From a bacterium (lineage in GTDB: Bacteria; UBA8248), in NCBI GenBank assembly GCA_965213685.1, contig CBDBZY010000018.1, forward strand, positions 320,001 to 384,000: a stretch of 64,000 bases of DNA. Reading direction: 5' to 3'. The translations under genes and the position numbers were made by a program. Shown in pieces: positions 16,012-56,445 of this stretch (positions are counted from its first letter, which is position 1; each line of letters opens with the position of its first letter). The notes beneath the pieces are model-generated. The model was not told the DNA's origin and made no database searches. It was given only the letters and a program-made list of their open reading frames with translations.

Positions 16012-17166
16012 GTATGAAAAACATTTTCCAAACACATAGAGGGCTGTATGGATGGCAGTGCCAAAACCATAGAATGTAGGTGTAGGGATGGCAGTTTACA
16101 GACAAGACAGGTTATACAAAGACTACACAAGCAATCCAATCCCTACATTGTTTCTTTACTGCACATGGTATTGATGTTCCCAGGATTCTCATAGCTAAAC
16201 TCACAGAACAATGTTAAGCAAAAAAATCATGTAGGGATAGGTTGCTTGTGTATTCTTTGTATAACCTGTCTTGCCTGTAAACTGCCATCCCTATACCTAG
16301 TTTCTATGCTTTTTGGCACTGCCATCCCTACACACCTGTACAATTTGGGAATATGTTTTCATACTTGTTTGTGTTTTTTTTTTTTGTACAATAGTACACA
16401 AAACGTTCTTGCAAGCTTCTTCAGTGATCAGAGCAGCCATTGTTACCAGTCAGCAGCAGAGATATGGGGGGTAGAGTGGACATTGAACCTTCTCATCAGT
16501 CACCTTTGAAGTTGGGAGGCTCAGCCCCTCTAAAAAGTCCTGAGCTACAGTAGTTTCCTCACTGTATCTGACTTTCTAACTCATACTAGTTACATTAATG
16601 TTCATTGTACAACTGTACGGCGAAGTAAGATGCTGCTTGAATGTGCTCCTTCACTGAGACAGTAGCCTTTGCTACATCAAGCCATTGAGAAATTAATTGG
16701 TTTGGCTTCATGAGGCCAACCCCTCACGTGCATATAATTTGCACCACATGACAGAAAATAGCTTCCAAATAATTATGGTAAAGTTGCTTGAGACTTCTAG
16801 ATTCAGCTCATAGTAGAGAAGATACTAAAATTTGTTATCGTAAATCACATTTGGTAGTGATTGCAGCGGATCTGTAAAAGAACTACAGTGATTACTTCAG
16901 CTAGTTTCAAGTAAAGTCGTTTGAACAAAATCTTGTAAAAAGAAGAATAGGAACAACAAACAAAATCACTTTTTCGGCCATTATCTGGCAGTAAGTCAAG
17001 GAATGCATTTCAGCTACTTGTGGGATATTGTTGGGTAGAGAAGCAGTGGAATAGGCCATTTGTGTGCTGAGAAAGGCTTAAAACGTGAGTGTTCGCGAGT
17101 CAAGAAGGCTCTCCAATGCACGCACACTATGGGAGTGTTTGTACCATCCCTACATAGAGAGTCCAC
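16012..17166 (-). mobile_element. Diverged copy of the Helitron-like family
   Basis: Same palindromic end (16012-16368), internal blocks and ccatccctacatagagagtc end. Confidence 0.7.
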
Positions 17167-17394
17167 AAGGTACATAGAATGCTGTAGTAGGGTTTATATG
17201 CCACAATTACATTCACTCCCCCTTCCCCATTATGTAATTGATAGAAAATATGTGCAAGCAGTGCAGAAGGATTAAATCTGATGAGTTTTGCCACTTGCAC
17301 ATTGCATTACTATTGTTTTACTAATATTGCTCCATATAGAGCATTATAGATACCTATAGTTCAACAAAACAGATGTGTGTCAGAAGATACTTAC

Positions 17395-39977
<22,583 letters not shown>

Positions 39978-40864
39978 GGCTGGATCTGGGGAGAGGGGGG
40001 AGGGGGAGATAGCCACTGAGTGAAGTTTCAGCCACGACAATACACATTTGTAGAAGTTATATACATGTATATGTGAACATCTTTCAGGTCTGATTTGAGA
40101 CAGTGGAACAAGATTGTAAGCTACAAACACTTGTAGTACGTGCAGCATGTGCAGTAGGCATATCTCAACACACGTGGGTATCAGTGCACTGGGCAGTGCT
40201 TCAAACTGTGTAAGGCAAACTAGGCAAGTGCAGTCCAGTGTTGTGGCCAGGCTCACACCACTTGCAAGAGGCTGCTAAACTGATAGTAGAAGCCCTTGAT
40301 GTAGCTTTACCATCTAACTACATACTGAGGTTTCTATGCACAGTGGGGGAAATCCCATGATGTATTGTACTATGAGGCAATCCCATCATGTGATGGATTT
40401 TATGGCTGCACACAAGGACATTCTGGAGCCATCTTATGCTACTCGATGTCTGACCTTTATCACTCTATGCAAATGCTAGACATGTACCTCACAGGGTGAA
40501 GTTACCATGAAGATACTATGTGTATACTGTCCACAGACCATTAGAGGTAGCTACTGCCTCGTGTTGACATGAGGAATGAGGAACAGGAGTTTGTGCAGTG
40601 TGTGGAGACCTGATGACACAATGAGTGAAACGCCATGTACATTGAACGAAGGTCAGTGCACATTGATATATAGTCAACACTGCCATGTTAGGGCGGAATT
40701 ACATGAAGGAAGGTATAGTGCACGAAGTAGTGGGCTCAAGCGGTAGAAACGTGTCATTAGAAACCAAGTGAATGGGTAATGGCTACTCTGAGCGTTACAG
40801 TCCTACTGTTAGGGGAGGGGCTTGCTCTGATACACGATCGAGCGAAGAGAAAACAAGAGCCGAG

Positions 40865-41330
40865 GGCTGAGCGCTCAGCGGGCAAAGGCTAGGGCCGCGC
40901 TTGCACATGTGAGCGAGCAAGGACACTGGGACGGGCGACGTGTGCTCTAACGTGCGACGGGATGAGGAATGAGAGCTTGGCTTGACACTACTCTAGTCCT
41001 GTCACGCAATCACAAGAGTAAGAGAGGTCAAAATGTCGCTGTGGACGTGTTCCTACTGTAATACACATTGTGGCTCTGCGTTCGCCGCCGGCAGCGCATA
41101 TGGTAAAAGGGTAGGCGGGAGATGTATACGCGTGCAACCTTTACTGCTTTGAATGTAAGCTTGTTATGGCTCACACTTTTCTGGGTTCTCCTATAGCCAG
41201 TTGAATGTTCTGTTTGTTCTCTCCCTTGCGCAGCCACTCTGATCTGCCCCACCCTTTGCTCAATAGTATCCTAGAAGTATGCGGATATGGGCGACAGTGA
41301 GTCTTGTGCAAAACCGGAAGTTCCATGAAT
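40865..41330. repeat. CpG-rich interspersed repeat, copy 2
   Basis: Diverged homolog of 1-470. Confidence 0.8.
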
Positions 41331-42260
41331 ATTGCTGTAGGAAGTCTCTTATCCAAACTCCTACACTCCAGAAACCCACGCCCACCATTGCGATCCGCCA
41401 CATGGCCTGCGCGCGAAAGCAAGAAAACATAGTTACTAATGCCGTTTCTAGCAACTGTATACGCTGTCAGTTCAATGGCTAGTGCTGTAAACCACAGGTT
41501 GTGAAGTACACGTCGTACCAACAATTGATCTAGTCTCGCAAGCCAGGCGTACTTTTCCCGTTAGCGAACGGGAAATGCGTACTTTTCCCTTCGCATTTTC
41601 CCGTTTTCCCTAAGCATAATACATCTATATAGTAACAATTCTCTTGTGACTTTAGCTATACAAACATTCTCAAACACTCTCTGGTTCCATGTGTTCAGAA
41701 AAGTGACTTCTTACTGTATTTCAGTTGCCTTTCACGTGTGGCGGCGCGTCATCGACAAACATGGCCACGCCTTCCCCGAGAAGGCGTGGCTCCGCGAGGC
41801 TGCGACAAGCAGAAGAAAGTGACTTGTAATTATTATCAGACTCAAAGTCATTGAAGGACTAGTATTGGAGGGCCTAAGATATTTCCTGGGATGGGATGAC
41901 ACAGCCCACACTTAAAACCATCATTAAGAAACTGTAATAGTCGTTGGATGCTAAGGCATATATGCATACGTACATGAAACTTATGGGTCTGATATGTTTT
42001 AGGTCCGTAGTTTTGTTGTTTCCAAATGTATACGTTCTTGACTTTTTGTTTTGTAATGATGTACATGTACATTTTGTCTTTGTGGTCTAGGTGAAATATG
42101 GGGTAAGTGTGAGGAGTGTATGTTCTGTAGAGGGTGGTATGTGTTTTCCAGGGGCTGGGAGTATGTGTTCTATCTGTGCGAGTGGGTATTTACTCTGGGA
42201 AAATCACGAGGTGTGCTTGTATGTAAAGCAAATAGACAGGTGTTATTAGACGAGCTTATG

Positions 42261-44590
<2,330 letters not shown>

Positions 44591-45884
44591 TACTACGTGT
44601 GTGTGTGTGTGTGTGTGTGGGGGGGGGGGGGGGGTAGTAAAACACACGTAATATTATATATGTAGCTATTGATTAGGGGTTAATATATCATACTGAAATG
44701 TATTCAAATGATCCATAATCAGCAGCAGTAAATTCACAAAATCATTGACAACCACCACAATAACCTATAAGCATGCATTTGACATGTCACTTACCTTTTC
44801 AACACAGTCTCTTGTACTTTGCACATACACTTATGCATGTGATTATGTGTATGTACTTCCATTAAATTGTCTGGGGCTAAAGCTGGGCTGGAGAATGTTA
44901 GCTAGGGAAGGGAGAGGGTGATAACAGACCCCTCCCCCTTTTCCGAGGGCCCATCTGTACTTGAATTGAAACCCTGGTAGTCTGCATGAGCATGAGGTGC
45001 ATGCAGCTGTGGCAATGCATCCCTTTTTTCACCCCTTACTGGTGTGCAGCAAAGGTACACTGTACACATACTTCATCTCACAGAACATTCTGTGGGGGGT
45101 TGATCAAAGTTAAGTGCAAATGAGTACACATTTCCCTCTCACTGGACATACACCCCCTATTTCTTAAGATCACCATAACTGTAATTATAAAGTATGAAAA
45201 ACATTTTCCAAAAATGTAGAGGGATGTAGGGATGGCAGTGCCAAAAACCACAGAAACTAGGTGTAGAGATGGCAGTGTACAGGCAAGACAGGATATAAAA
45301 AGACTACACAAGCAACCCCATCCCTACATCTTTCTTTTTCCTTGAAATTGTTCTGTGAGTTTAGCTATGACAATTCTGGGAAAATCAATGCCATGCGGTG
45401 AGAAAAAAGAAAGATGATACATGGTCAGGTGTCTGCTAACACGAGCACTGGAAAGGGGCAGGCCTGCTGAGCTGTGATTGTGTGAGGTGTATGTAGTTAG
45501 GGGCGTTGTGTTGTTGCCCACTGCCCCAGCGTCCATTGGCCCTCATGCACATTTACTTGTATAGTGCAATGCTCAGGCACGTACATGTGTGCATGAACAT
45601 GTGAAGTGAATAGTTCATGTGCAGTGTATGTGCACTGTTCATGTGCAGTGCTCTCCTTTCCTTTTCCTTGTCCTTTTTTTCTAGAAGGTGAGCTGTTGCG
45701 TGTGCCTAGTTTTGGGGTTGTTTGTGTGTGACTTGTGTATGGATGGTAGATGGTCCACATGGGTGGTGAGAGTTGGTGCACCATCAAAAGATCTTTAAGC
45801 CCCATTCCCAACTCTTAAGGTTGGGCATGTGGACCATCTGCCTTCTGTTCTGTTCTTATATGTGTAGGCTTGTTGCTTTCCCCT

Positions 45885-46062
45885 TTTCTAAGCCGTTGAT
45901 GTTGTTAGAGATATATATCTTTCTAAGCCAATGAAGCTGCTGTACATATCTATTTTTCTAAGCCGTTGAGGTTGCTACAGATATTTCTAAGCCGTTGAGG
46001 TTGCTAATATTTCTAAGCCGTTGAGGCTGTTTCCAGATATTAAACTATATATTTCTAAGCCC
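45885..46062. repeat. Short minisatellite with TTCTAAGCCGTTGAG core
   Basis: About six degenerate units. Confidence 0.8.
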
Positions 46063-46089
46063 CTAGCTTCTAGGCATTGTTAGCTTGAC

Positions 46090-46470
46090 GCATGGAGGAT
46101 GGGGAGGAAGAGTGAGCAACAGTCTTTTTGAAGACACTACACTGGCTGGCAGAGGATTTGATATTAAAGAAAGTGTATAGGATTGGACTGTGCTACTGCA
46201 AAAGATTTCCCAAAGCTGAAAAGCTTTCGTAATTCAGCATGTCATCTTTAGTGTATGGACTGGGGTTGAGGATCAGATGCATGCAGACATGTACATAGGT
46301 TATTGCTGGCCAGAGGTCTACATTATCCTTCCACTACACTGTAGTGTGGTCCACTGCCCTTAATGCTCTTGTTCATAAAACATGCCATAATTGTGTCCCA
46401 TGCGGTGCCCACTCCACTGCCAGTGAGACCTGATATTGGCAGACCCATCCTGCACAATAGTTAGCACACC
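46090..46470 (-). pseudogene. Highly decayed hAT transposase relic
   Basis: Ordered remnants IVQDGSANI, an RW-like block ..YGMFYEQ, and PASVVSSKRLL (cf. PASSVPSERLFS dimerisation motif). Confidence 0.35.
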
Positions 46471-49054
46471 TGACCAGAGAGCTGGGGCAGTATGCACATT
46501 GTACGTTTTGGGAGGGAGGAGGGGACACAAACAATGTGCCCTCCTTGGCTGTACAGGTTGTTTACACCACTTATTCACCTCTCAATCTTTACTGTTTACT
46601 GTTTGGTCTACTTTGCCTCTCCCCCCAAAGTCCCTGGCTCCATGGCTCACTCGTGGCTTCAAAGGGGCAGCACAGCCCCCCCTCCCCCAGGGAGAGCTCT
46701 GGCATGTGCTGCAGTACATGTACATGTCCTCGTGCAGCTTATCTTATTCATGTACATGTACATGCACTCGTACTACTGCACTGCCTTAAAGTAGCTTCAT
46801 GAGGCACATGTACCCGTCACAGGCAACATAACCATGTACATGTACATGTGTGTACATGTACCTGTACTATATACTGTCTTTTGAGACGTCCTCTTCTCCC
46901 TCCCTCCCTTCCCTATTGTCTCAGCTCAGGTGGCATCGCAGTCAGGGCTCACATGTGCCTGTGCATGTACATGTAGTCACAATGCTTTGTGTGAAACAGC
47001 TGTAGAACGTTTTGAGTGTCTGTGGTCGTTGTGTTATCCCATCTCATCCCTGCACTGCTGGCTTTGTGGGGGCTCCCTACGATGTACATGAAGTTTTGTA
47101 ATGGATGATTTTCTGGAAGCCGCAATCACCCTTCCTCCCCCCCTCTCTCCTGTGGTGGCTGTATCACCCCATCCCATCCCAGCACTGCTGGCTTTAGGTT
47201 TTGAGGTGGGGGGTTTCCCTAGGATGTACATGTAGTTATGTAACAGATGATTTTCTGGAAACCACAATCACTCAGGCTGATGTGTGGTGCATGTACTTAC
47301 AGCATGCTGCAACCACAGCAGCTTATGCAGTCACAGCAGTGAGTGGGTGATGAGAGCCAGCCACCTTTGGAACAGCTGTCTGCTGCTTCCCCAGCTTGCT
47401 CTAGCTCACCTCGACATGCATGGCCTGAGGGATAACGCTTGGTGTGCATGCACCAGAGGGGGAATTACTTTAGTTGTCCTGTGTGTCTTCTGTCTTCTGT
47501 CTGTCTGTATGTCTGTCTGTCTGCAGGAGCTAATCTGTAGACTAGTGCTAGTAGACATCTAACTGAAGGCACTAGCAGGTTGAGTGGCACATTTTTCCCA
47601 AGAATATGAAACCTTTTCTCTAAACCTGCTTTATTGGAAGGTTAGCACATTAAACTTACCAGGACCAAGCCAGCTCGAGTCTACTATTTTGTTCATGTTG
47701 CAATGTTTTGTATACCGTTCCATTTCACGTCTGTAAAGCTAATACAATTATGGTCCTTCATAGGTGCATGCATGTACGAGACTACAATAGTGTGCACACG
47801 TGTACGTCCACTGACCATACAACATGCAAGACAAGGCAGGACACTAGACTATAGCCCAATTGAGTTGACATAAACTAACAATGCTTGCATCATCTGTACA
47901 GGCTGTTGTAGCATGCAGTGAAACTGTGCCGAGGGTTTGTACTTTGGTGTTTTTCATTTCATCTTGTTCACTGGTCTACTGCACATAAATCTACACATAC
48001 ATGATTGTATAGTTATATTGTCACTGTGTGCAGCTGTTTACATGTACACTGGACATGTGTTTGTAGGTTATGTACACTTTACACATGTATGTGTTCCACC
48101 GGATGCGCAGCCCAGCAGGTTGATCAGTGGGCAGTCCGGATGCCCAGCCTGTGGGCCGGCTGTACAACTGGATAAGCGTCCGGTTGTGCAACCCTGTCTC
48201 AAATCTCGAGAGAAGTGTACACTGCCCACTTCACGTAGGTGTAGAGTCAGTTATCTCTGTTACAAACCAAACTGAAAGAGAGAGACAAACGAATACATCA
48301 GTGGTTGTGCTACCAGGCAGCAGTCTGGTTATCTAACTGGCTGTCACGATGCTCAACCACAGGAAGTACACAACATGTTTTGAGTTGGCATGCAGTGGAT
48401 TCAGCTCCGAATACACTCCTAACTTGAAGAGTTTGGGCCTGGAAAGAGCTAAAAAGGACTTATGTTTGTACGTTCATCACATTTGCTACACCACAGGACA
48501 TTACGAGACTACCCACCAATATCTGTAGCGGAAATGTTTCACGGGCATGCCAGCACCCGGCGTTCCCGTGCTTCCTACGCCACTCAGTTATGTAATGGAT
48601 GAGTTTCCTGAAACCACAATCTGCAGCACAGCAGCTATGCAATCGCAGCGCTGAGAGGCTCTGTTTCATTTGCTGTTTGCATAACTCTCTCTGGCTCGCC
48701 TGATTCCATCCTATCCAGTGGCCTACCACACATAATGTACACATACAGATTGTCCCTGTATGCAGCTATTCACATGTACAGGTACACTGCACATGTACTT
48801 CTTGTGATGTAGAGAGTACGCAAGTATACATGTACATTGTACCTCCCTCTCATGTGCACACACATGTACATGTACACAAACATGCAGGACTCTCAGTGAA
48901 GCCATGCGTCATGCAGGACTCGAGATGAAGTTCGTTACTATCCCACAAGACTTCCTTGGCAACCCAAAATGATGCTTCCCCTCATTCACCAAGTGAAGTG
49001 ATTTCAACTGATCAGTGACAGTACGTGCCAACCCTGCCCTCACTTCTTCCCTCC

Positions 49055-50140
<1,086 letters not shown>

Positions 50141-50542
50141 GATGCACAATGCAAGACCATAATCACCTACATACTACCTCGCTCCTCTCCCTCCTCTCCC
50201 GTCTCTCCCTCTTCCACCTTTCTCCTCACCCCTCCCTCCCCCTCCTCCCACAGGGTGGTGGTGGGCAGACTATGGGGGAGAGGGAGCAAATGATGAACGA
50301 GACACCATCAATGTCAGTGGAAGATGTTCTGGCAAATGTGGAGCAACGTTGTCCACTAATTCCAGCATCATTTTCTCTGCTAGTGGGAATAGATCAGGTA
50401 CACATAACACCAACTCCATGTACATGTACATGGAGTTAGAGTTACTAAGTTAGAGTTAGCCTGTTCAACAGGCTGGATGTACATTGTATATGCTTGCCTT
50501 GCCTTACCTTGCCTATACTACCGTAGATTTGAACACAGCCGA

Positions 50543-50690
50543 CTGGGCTGCCTCAGTAACTCAGTTGGCAGAGCACTGGACTAGCAACCCGGTGGTCGTG
50601 GGTTCGAACCCCGTCCGAGGCAGCTCAGTGTTTTTTTTCACTGTCTGCCTTCAGACTTTGCTTTACTTCCCTTGTTTAATATGCATATAC
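50543..50690 (+). mobile_element. tRNA-derived SINE (AGC anticodon-like loop)
   Basis: A and B boxes, cloverleaf with mismatched anticodon stem, oligo-T; near copy at 56304-56445. Confidence 0.75.
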
Positions 50691-51000
50691 ATGCACGAGA
50701 TTGATCATGTGCAGGGAGCATATGTAATGCACACTGTTGACATAACATGTACATGTACATGTCAGGTACTGAGTACACATGTACATGTAGTTCATTTTGT
50801 GCCTTCCTCACTTCCCTTCCCTTATGCTGCTTCTCCTCCTCCCTGTGTCTCCCTCCCTCTCTCCCTTCCCACCTCCCTCCCATCCTCCCCTCTAATGAAA
50901 TCACAGCTCTACAATGACTTCCTCCACATAATGAAATCACAGAGGTACTCATACTGTACTTGTGTTTCTCGTACTTGTGTTTCTAAGATATGCAGCATGC

Positions 51001-51160
<160 letters not shown>

Positions 51161-51172
51161 TGTGAGTGTACA

Positions 51173-51224
<52 letters not shown>

Positions 51225-52293
51225 TGTGTGTGTGTGTGTGTGAAAGAGATATGTTCATGTACAGTTACATGTACACTTGTACATACATTCACTTCCTCAC
51301 TGTGTTTCCCCTCTCCCTCCCCCCCTCCCTCTCTCCCTTTCTCCCTCCCTCCATAATTTACACACCAGACGTCATCAGCAGGGTGTCCAACATATCTGAA
51401 GGCATCTCCCTCCCTCCCCATCCCTCTTGCAGTGGAGTGTCTACTGCTGAGCTGCAATCTTCTGCAAGGCTCGTTCGTGCTGAGCAGCCCCACTGATGCT
51501 GATCTTGTTGTGGTGTACCTCAGTCCTAGGCCCAGGGGGCTCCCTCACCCACTCCCCTCACCTCACCACTGGCCCTCTCCCTCCTCACCCTCTCCGGCCC
51601 CCAGGAACATGTTGAAGCCAACGACGAGGTCAGGGGAGAGGGATAAGGTACATGTACATGTGCTGTGTATGGAGATTCACGCATTCGCAAAGTTTTGGTT
51701 GGCAGGCATGTGCATGGTATGGTGTGCTTAAATTATGATTTCTCACCTACACAATATACATGTACATGTACATATCTTGTACTTAGTGAGACCTGGATGG
51801 GATGATCTCGTTGTAGTTCACCTCAGTCCTGAGCCCCGGGGCAGGGGGGCAGGAACATGTTGAAGCCAAAGATGCGGTCAGGGGAGAGGAAGAAGGTACA
51901 TCTACATGTACTGTGTACATGTCAATGGATGCATGTATGCACTAAGTGTTGGTTGGCACTTGGCAGGCATGTTATGGTGTCCTCAATACATGATTTCTCC
52001 TGTACACGCAATGTACATGTGCATGTACAGTGTGCATACAACTGTTACTGTACTTGTATATGTACATGTACATGTGCTTGTACTTAGTGAGACCTGGATG
52101 GGCTGATTGCTAAACTGTTGTATGAGCACACGTAGGCATTACAGCCAAACCTGTAGTTACCATAGCAGCAAAGTGCATTGTTACCATATTTTTTAAGGCT
52201 AGCCAGCCTAGGGGGCGGGCCTCAGGCTCACGTGCATATGAAAGGCATGAAATGCAGGGTGTTATACTTAAACGTACTAGGCATGAATGCTCT

Positions 52294-52528
52294 GTGTCGT
52301 GAACCTAAGGCCACACCTGCTTCGTATCCGTAGCAGACACTAGTTTTCGTCGCCGGAAAAAAACCGGCTCTCACTGTGGGATTCGAACCCACGTTCATCC
52401 GTTTACCAGACGGAACGCATAACCACTCTGCCAAGGGGGAGGCCTGAGAGTAGAGTTCGAATTCCTGTGTCTGCTTTGGAGACCAAGCCGAAGCTTGGTA
52501 CTTATTAGCGGCAGGTTTAGGGGAAGCA
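52294..52528 (-). mobile_element. 235-bp insert containing a tRNA-like module (GGT anticodon loop) between 109-bp direct repeats
   Basis: Minus strand TGGCAGAGTGG..TCCGT-CTGGTAA-ACGGA..GTGGG-TTCGAAT-CCCAC; flanking repeats 52185-52293 and 52529-52637, single-copy in paralog A. Confidence 0.7.
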
Positions 52529-52991
52529 CATATTTTTTAAGGCTAGCCAGCCTAGGGGGCGGGCCTCAGGCTCACGTGCATATGAAGGGCATGAAATGCA
52601 GGGTGTTGTACTTAAATGTACTAGGCATGAATGCTCTACATGTACCTGTATGCATGGAGGGAGGGAGGGAAGGGGAGAGGGAGGGAGGAAGGAAGGGAGG
52701 GAAGTGGGAGGGAAGGAGAGAGAGAGGGAGGGAGGAAGGGAGAGAAGTGAGAGGGAAGTGGGAGGGAAGGAGAGAGGGAGGGAGGGAGGGAGAGAGGGAG
52801 GGAGGGAGGGAGGGAGAGAAGTGAGAGGGAAGTGGGAGGGAAGGGGAGAGGGAGGGAGGGAGGGAGGGAGGGAAGTGGGGGAAGTGGGAGGGGGGGGGGG
52901 GGGGGGGGGGGAGGGAGGAGAAATGAAAATTGGAGAGTGGTGAGATGATGTGGTGTTTGTTTGGGTGCAATGCAATGCAACTACACCTTAA

Positions 52992-53544
52992 GGTGGTGGA
53001 GTATGTAATGACTAATTAAATATTCATCAACTTTATGTAGCGCTACTGACCAGAAGAATTAAGCTAAGGCATCGTTCGAAAGGTCAAGGAATGCACTTCT
53101 ATACACACACCTTTACAAGACCTGTTCACAACACAGGAATGTAGAATTGAAGCATGAAAAGCGAGTAGTGAGAAGTGTTTTCCACGTCAATTTTAGCCAC
53201 AGTCACACTGTGGTAGCTGCGCAAACCAACACAAACCGTTTGCTGTTGATCCCCACCAGGGCTAGAATCACTTCATTCGCTTTATATGCAAGCGGTGGCT
53301 ACGTGAGGATCTCGTTTCCCCCATGTGCGCTGATTTTCTTCGCGATCTTTACAGTTGAGCAGTGTGTAGCTGCTAAACCATAGTTGTATTGATGAAATTT
53401 TTTATACTCCTGCCCTAGCCCTGTGTCCATATAATAGGAATACAAGCAATCAACGGTCCAAATTTGCCTGAAATTGACGTGGAAAAGTTGTGTTGCCCGT
53501 AAACTGCATTAAGCCGTAGATACGCACAACACTACCTCGCCACC
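52992..53544. mobile_element. Kolobok-like MITE (duplication paralog)
   Basis: TTAA|GGTGG..CCACC|TTAA. Confidence 0.7.
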
Positions 53545-54404
53545 TTAAGACAGCTCTCCATTTTTCCATGTATAAACATGTACATTTACATGTCTATACA
53601 GTGTACATGTACCTGTACATGCACAATTATTTACTTACCTCTCTCTTTAATTAAACCTTTCCCTCCCTCCCTCCCTCCCTCCCTCCCTCCCTCCCTCCCT
53701 CCCTCCCTCCCTCTCTCCACCCCTTTCTCTGGCTCTTCCCCTTCTCCTTTCTTGTTGCCACACACAGTGTTTCTGCAGGTGTACATGTTCACTGTATGTG
53801 TGTGTCATCCACTTCATGGTGTTACGAGGGACGAGGTTGGCCCATGACACATGCACTAGCTACTGTGCACACAGCACATCAGCTGCTGTGGGGGCACCTT
53901 TATTGTGAGGTTTCTCATGTATTTGTACATAGTATTACGCAGTACATGTGTTCCTGCACAGGGCACTGTGCAGTATATTCACATGTACATGCACACTGTA
54001 CGTGTACATGTACACATGTAGGTGTGCATGTGCTTCAAGTGTACGTGTGTGTATGTCATCCATTATGTGTTATGTGTTATGCAGCTCAGTGGTTGTGGGT
54101 CGTATTAGGCAATACAAAGTATCTCTACACCACCTGATAAACAGTACATACGTGCCATGTGTGCTCCTGCACAGGCCATCGTGCAGTGTGTTTACATGCA
54201 CATTGCAGGTGTACAGGTGCTTCATGTGTGTGTGTACATGTACAGTGTGTGTATATGGTGCATGTTTATGTATGTGTGGTGGGAAGGGGTTGAGTGCACA
54301 TTCCAAGCCTCATGTAGCCTGGCAACAGGTGTACCTGTGCATGTGTATATGGCAGAGGTGTACAGAAGTAACTCCCTCTTGTTCCACTTTACTTAGACTG
54401 TGCT

Positions 54405-54990
54405 AAGTTTGAACTGACCAATCACATTGCGTATCGCGTGGAAAATAAATCACTTATTTCCACCCCGCGTAAACTTATTTCCATCGCGGGAAAACTTACT
54501 TTCCAAGTGCGTGAATATACATGATTGCCATTGGAAGTAGCCGGGGGGCGTGGTAACGGCGTGTGGAATACGCGGTATGGAAGAGAGGCGGGGCCTGGAA
54601 ACGGGTGCAGCGACGGAGAGCTGGACGGTAGAGCTCGGCGCGGATAGGTTAGGCCCTACGTTGGGTCGGACGGAGTCAACAATGTGAGCTCTGCTTTGTC
54701 TGTTTCGTCGCAGAAGAAGGCTTTCATCTCTACCGGCGACTGCACTAAACTTGAAATCTTGTTGCTACGCACGCTTGTTACTAAGCAATGTGTACGCACA
54801 GTCTAAACCGGCTCTACGGCTCGTCCAATGCGTCGTGCGCACAGTCCAAACCGGTTATACGGCTCGTCCAATGGAAATATGTGATTTAGAAACCCTCGGG
54901 CCCTTAGTAGCGTCCTCGCTGCGCTCGGACGCTACAGCCCAGGGCCCTCGGGTTTCTAAATCACGTATTTCCATGGACTCGCTGTATAAC
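54405..54990. mobile_element. CpG-rich insert ending in a ~110-bp palindrome (possibly Crypton-like non-autonomous)
   Basis: Hairpin ggaaatatgtgatttagaaaccctcgggccct..agggccctcgggtttctaaatcacgtatttcc (54866-54977); absent from copy A. The family label is a guess. Confidence 0.4.
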
Positions 54991-54993
54991 CTA

Positions 54994-55253
54994 CACAGCC
55001 AAAAATAATTGGGCTCGATTCGATACCGACTGCCGTAAGGTATCGAATCGAGGACAAGGAGGAGCTCGAATCGAGCACGTAAGGCCCTTACGGCCTCGAA
55101 TCAACACTGGGGTTACATGTCGATTCGAGCTGTAAGGCAGACCCCATACAAAAAATACAATGGGACTGCCCCAACTGAACGTACCGATACTGTAAATCCG
55201 TACCGTATCGCGCACGTCTACGTCCTCGAATCGGGATTAAATTTTTGGCAGTG
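54994..55253. mobile_element. EnSpm/CACTA-like MITE
   Basis: TA|CACAGCCAAAAAT..ATTTTTGGCAGTG|TA with subterminal TCGAATCG repeats. Confidence 0.65.
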
Positions 55254-55421
55254 TATATTTATTTCACGTTTACTTCGATCTTTTTCCTCCCTCCCTCCCT
55301 CCCTCCCTCCCTCCCTCCCTCCCTCCCTCCCTCCCTTCCTTTCCCTCCCACACTCCACAGAGAGGGTAATGCCAGACGTATTCATATTGTGAAACCGGCA
55401 TTGACTCCACTGTCATGGTAA

Positions 55422-55620
<199 letters not shown>

Positions 55621-56076
55621 CCAATATACATGACTGTAGTATGCATGTACATGTATACGTACGTGTGTATGCATATTATGTGCATGTACAGTTGCTGCTG
55701 ATGATGATGATAAATGTGCGTGTTGATTACCGCAACATGTACAATTGTACATGATCACATCTCTGCGACTTATCAAAGACAAGGCACAAGAGCCCAACTG
55801 CACCTGACACAACTTACTTTCCCTCTTTCTGTGCGTGTACATGTGCATGTGTGTAAGCAGTATTGCATCCTTTCTTTCCGCTCACCTTTCTCTCTTCCTT
55901 CCTTCAGCCCTCTACGATGAAGTTAAGGGAACAAGATTACATGTACAGGTCACACAAGCCCTACAGTGTATGCACCTTGCTTTCTTTGAGCATATACAGC
56001 CTTCCAGAATGTACATGTATGTGTATATACATGTACATGTACATGTATAGTATGCATATACATACTAAATTCTCTG

Positions 56077-56216
<140 letters not shown>

Positions 56217-56303
56217 TATTTACTTAGTCTCAGGCTGGATGTACATTGTATATGCTTTCCTTGCCTTACCTTGCCTATATTACCGTAGATTTGAACCCGG
56301 CCG

Positions 56304-56445
56304 ACTGGGCTGCCTCGGTAGCTCAGTTGGCAGAGCACTGGACTAGCAACCTGGTGGTCACGGGTTCGAATCCTGTCCGAGGCAGCTCAGTGTTTTTTTC
56401 ACTCTCTGCCCTCAGACTTTGCCTTACTTGCTTTCCCTTGTTTTA
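56304..56445 (+). mobile_element. tRNA-derived SINE
   Basis: GCCTCGG/CCGAGGC acceptor stem, TAGCTCAGTTGG, GGTTCGAATCC; broken anticodon stem. Confidence 0.75.

Noticed and set aside
41714-41770. Possible non-coding first exon or promoter (minus-strand donor gtaaga, CpG-rich)
   Set aside because: Overlaps repeat hairpins; evidence too weak
48330-48720. Possible transposase relic
   Set aside because: No convincing ordered motifs on manual translation
56310-56385. Functional tRNA-Ala(AGC), and likewise the other tRNA-like heads
   Set aside because: Broken anticodon or acceptor stems and shared non-tRNA flanks indicate SINEs
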